A stretch of 64,000 nt of DNA, taken from NCBI GenBank assembly GCA_963828255.1, contig CAWHDZ010000040.1:192001-256000 (forward strand), in the 5' to 3' direction. The notes under the pieces are model-generated. The model was given only the letters and a program-made list of their open reading frames with translations, was not told the DNA's origin and did not search any database. Position 1 is the first letter of the stretch. Each line of letters starts with the position of its first letter. Both the position numbers and the translations under genes were made by a program. The DNA comes from an uncultured delta proteobacterium (GTDB taxonomy: Bacteria; Myxococcota; Myxococcia; Myxococcales; Anaeromyxobacteraceae). This document shows, piece by piece, positions 60,338-64,000 of the stretch.

Positions 60338-61516
60338 CTGGCGTCGCCGGCTCCCATCCCGTCGCCGGCGCGCCGCGCCGGGCTGCGCCGGCGCCTGCTC
60401 TCCTGGTGGGACGCCGGGCACCGGGATCTGCCCTGGCGCTTCCCGCAGCACGCCGCCGACCCCTACCGGGTGTGGGTGGCCGAGGTGATGCTGCAACAGA
60501 CCCGGGTGGAGGCGGCGGCGCCGTACTACCGCCGCTTCCTGGCGCGCTGGCCCACGCTCGCGGCGCTGGCCGGCGCAGACGACGCCGAGGTGCTGGCCGC
60601 CTGGAGCGGACTCGGCTACTACGCGCGCTGCCGCAACCTCCTGGCCGCCGCGCGGGCCGCGCTGGCCCGGCACGGAGGGCTGCCGGACTCGCTCCCGGCG
60701 CTGCGGGCGCTCCCGGGCTTCGGCCCCTACACCGCGGGTGCAGTGGCGAGCATCGCCTTCGCCATCCAGGCGGCGGCGGTGGACGGCAACGTGGCCCGGG
60801 TCCTCTCGCGCCTCTTCCTTGTTGACGGACCGTCACAATCACCAAAGGTGAAAAGTGAGCTGGCGTCGCTGGCGGGACGGCTGGTCGACCCGGGCCGGCC
60901 CGGGGACTGGAACCAGGCCCTCATGGAGCTCGGGGCCACCCTGTGCCTGCCCCGGCGCCCGCGCTGCGCGGCCTGCCCGCTGGCCTCGGGATGCGCGGCG
61001 CACCAGGCCGGGAGGGAAGGGGAGATCCCCGCACCGAGGGTGCGGCGGCGCCCGGTCCGCCTGGAGCTGGCCCTCCTCCGGGTGGAGCGGGGAGGGCGGT
61101 TGCTCCTCTCCAGGGCCCTCGACGATGGGCTCTTCCCCGGGATGTGGGGGCTGCCGGGGACCGTGGTCCCCGAAGGGGAGGACCCGGCCGTGTTCCTGCG
61201 CCGCAGGAGCCGGGTGGAGCTGGGGTTCCGGCTCGAGGTCGGGGAGGAACTGGCCGTCGTGACGCGCCTGCTCACCCACCGGCGGCTCGTGCTGCACGTC
61301 CACGCGGGGCGGCTCCTCGGGCCGGTTCCGCGCGACCGGGACCGCTTGCGCTTTACATCCGAGGGCGAGGCGAGTAGGTTGCCCGCCTCAACGGCGATGC
61401 GCCGTGCCATCGAAGCCTCCGGCGGCTGGAAGCCTGCTCGCCGGAGGGACCGTGGTGCGAAAATCGTCTCCGGAGAGAACCGGAAGGCCTTGACTTCCCG
61501 AGGCCGAACCGTATAA
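60338..61516 (+). CDS. mutY: A/G-specific adenine DNA glycosylase (start codon non-canonical or uncertain)
   Basis: LLSWWD..RDLPWR, EVMLQQT, WSGLGYYAR, LPGFGPYTA, VDGNVARV, QALMELGATLC..P.C..CP....C. Confidence 0.92.
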   Translation: MASPAPIPSPARRAGLRRRLLSWWDAGHRDLPWRFPQHAADPYRVWVAEVMLQQTRVEAAAPYYRRFLARWPTLAALAGADDAEVLAAWSGLGYYARCRNLLAAARAALARHGGLPDSLPALRALPGFGPYTAGAVASIAFAIQAAAVDGNVARVLSRLFLVDGPSQSPKVKSELASLAGRLVDPGRPGDWNQALMELGATLCLPRRPRCAACPLASGCAAHQAGREGEIPAPRVRRRPVRLELALLRVERGGRLLLSRALDDGLFPGMWGLPGTVVPEGEDPAVFLRRRSRVELGFRLEVGEELAVVTRLLTHRRLVLHVHAGRLLGPVPRDRDRLRFTSEGEASRLPASTAMRRAIEASGGWKPARRRDRGAKIVSGENRKALTSRGRTV

Positions 61517-61517
61517 T
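61490..61517 (+). promoter_or_regulatory. sigma70-type promoter of the str operon
   Basis: TTGACT-N16-TATAAT, overlapping the mutY stop. Confidence 0.75.
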
Positions 61518-61594
61518 TCGCGCCCTTTTTGACGATGAAGCCGTCGCAGGTGCACCGGGCTCGCCCGCCGCGCCTCAGGAAAGAACCGGATCGA

Positions 61595-61966
61595 ATGCCG
61601 ACGATCAGCCAGCTGGTCCGCAAGGGCCGCGAGAAGCTCAAGACCAAGCGGAAGGCTCCCGCGCTGGTGGAGTCTCCCCAGAAGCGTGGCGTGGCCACGC
61701 GCGTCTACACCACCACCCCGAAGAAGCCCAACTCGGCCCTTCGCAAGGTGGCGCGCGTCCGCCTCACCAACGGCTTCGAGGTCACGAGCTACATCCCCGG
61801 CGTCGGCCACAATCTCCAGGAGCACTCGGTGGTGCTCATCCGCGGAGGCCGCGTGAAGGACCTCCCCGGCGTCCGCTACCACATCATCCGCGGGACCCTC
61901 GACGCAGTGGGCGTCCAGGGCCGCAAGCAGAGCCGCTCGAAGTACGGCGCCAAGCGCCCGAGCTAG
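61595..61966 (+). CDS. rpsL: 30S ribosomal protein S12
   Basis: [33 protein letters not shown]. Confidence 0.98.
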   Translation: MPTISQLVRKGREKLKTKRKAPALVESPQKRGVATRVYTTTPKKPNSALRKVARVRLTNGFEVTSYIPGVGHNLQEHSVVLIRGGRVKDLPGVRYHIIRGTLDAVGVQGRKQSRSKYGAKRPS

Positions 61967-61978
61967 GCAGAGGATCCG

Positions 61979-62449
61979 ATGCCCCGTCGTCGCGTGGTCG
62001 AGAAGCGGAAGATCCTGCCCGATCCCAAGTTCCAGGATCGGACCGTCGCCAAGTTCATCAACAACCTGATGCGCGAGGGCAAGAAGTCCACCGGCGAGCG
62101 GATCATCTACGGCGCCTTCGCCGTGGTCGAGAACCGCCTCAAGGACGACCCCCTCAAGGTCTTCAAGAAGGCCCTCGACAACGTGAAGCCGGTGGTCGAG
62201 GTCAAGTCCCGCCGCGTGGGCGGCGCCACCTACCAGGTGCCGGTCGAGGTCCGCCAGGACCGGCGCACGGCGCTGGCGATGCGCTGGCTCATCGAGTATG
62301 CCTCGTCCCGCGGCGAGAAGACCATGGTGGAGAAGCTGGCCGGGGAGATCCTCGACGCCGCCAACAACCGCGGCAACGCGGTGAAGAAGCGCGAGGACAC
62401 CCACAAGATGGCGGAAGCGAACAAGGCGTTCGCGCACTACCGCTGGTAG
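61979..62449 (+). CDS. rpsG: 30S ribosomal protein S7
   Basis: [28 protein letters not shown]. Confidence 0.98.
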   Translation: MPRRRVVEKRKILPDPKFQDRTVAKFINNLMREGKKSTGERIIYGAFAVVENRLKDDPLKVFKKALDNVKPVVEVKSRRVGGATYQVPVEVRQDRRTALAMRWLIEYASSRGEKTMVEKLAGEILDAANNRGNAVKKREDTHKMAEANKAFAHYRW

Positions 62450-62604
62450 TCCGGGAGGAGAATCGAGGATCGAAGACGCCGACTCGGTCGGCCGGGGCCC
62501 AGAGGGACCCGCAGGCTCTTTGACAGCTCGGTCAGGTCGGGACGTCGCCAGGCGACGTCGGGTTTTCGTACGCAACGGTTCGAACGGTTCGAAGGATAGA
62601 GAAC

Positions 62605-64000
<1,396 letters not shown>

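Noticed and set aside
62574..62593. aacggttcg tandem duplication upstream of fusA
   Set aside because: Two 9-bp copies only, with no supportable function

Overview
High-GC window from a Myxococcota/deltaproteobacterial chromosome; the gene content resembles Anaeromyxobacter, but this is inferred from gene families only. (1) 1-15.6 kb: an anaerobic-respiration and heme cluster. It holds an NrfD/HybB-type membrane subunit, a triheme c7, a nonaheme cytochrome c plus cytochrome b (split CbcL-like), two sensor kinases with CxxCH motifs and their regulators, a B12-radical SAM protein, hemA and an RpoH-like sigma factor. Four sigma54-type promoters and a shared palindrome link these genes. (2) 15.7-20.4 kb: orphan rplC, typA, a glyoxalase pair, a pgsA-like gene and tRNA-Val(GAC). 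(3) 20.3-31.6 kb: an element integrated in tRNA-Val with a 46-bp att duplication and phage-satellite architecture (int, HTH, alpA, helicase, iteron ori, terS, terL) plus an MmeI-like restriction-modification cargo. Its centre is degraded, with frameshifts and an A-rich tract that is probably a sequencing or assembly artefact. (4) 33.5-46 kb: thrS, then leuA-ilvB-ilvN-ilvC behind a putative Leu-sensing leader-peptide attenuator, then infC (ATC start), rpmI, rplT, pheS, pheT, ihfA. (5) 46-64 kb: a sigma54 two-component system with a small Ala/Pro/Lys protein, queD-folE-SDR-FAD oxidase, 2-oxoacid:ferredoxin oxidoreductase, nucleotide-sugar enzymes, mtgA, sod-mutY (same frame, one TAG apart), rpsL, rpsG and fusA (truncated). 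All calls come from reading motifs by eye; no database searches were run.
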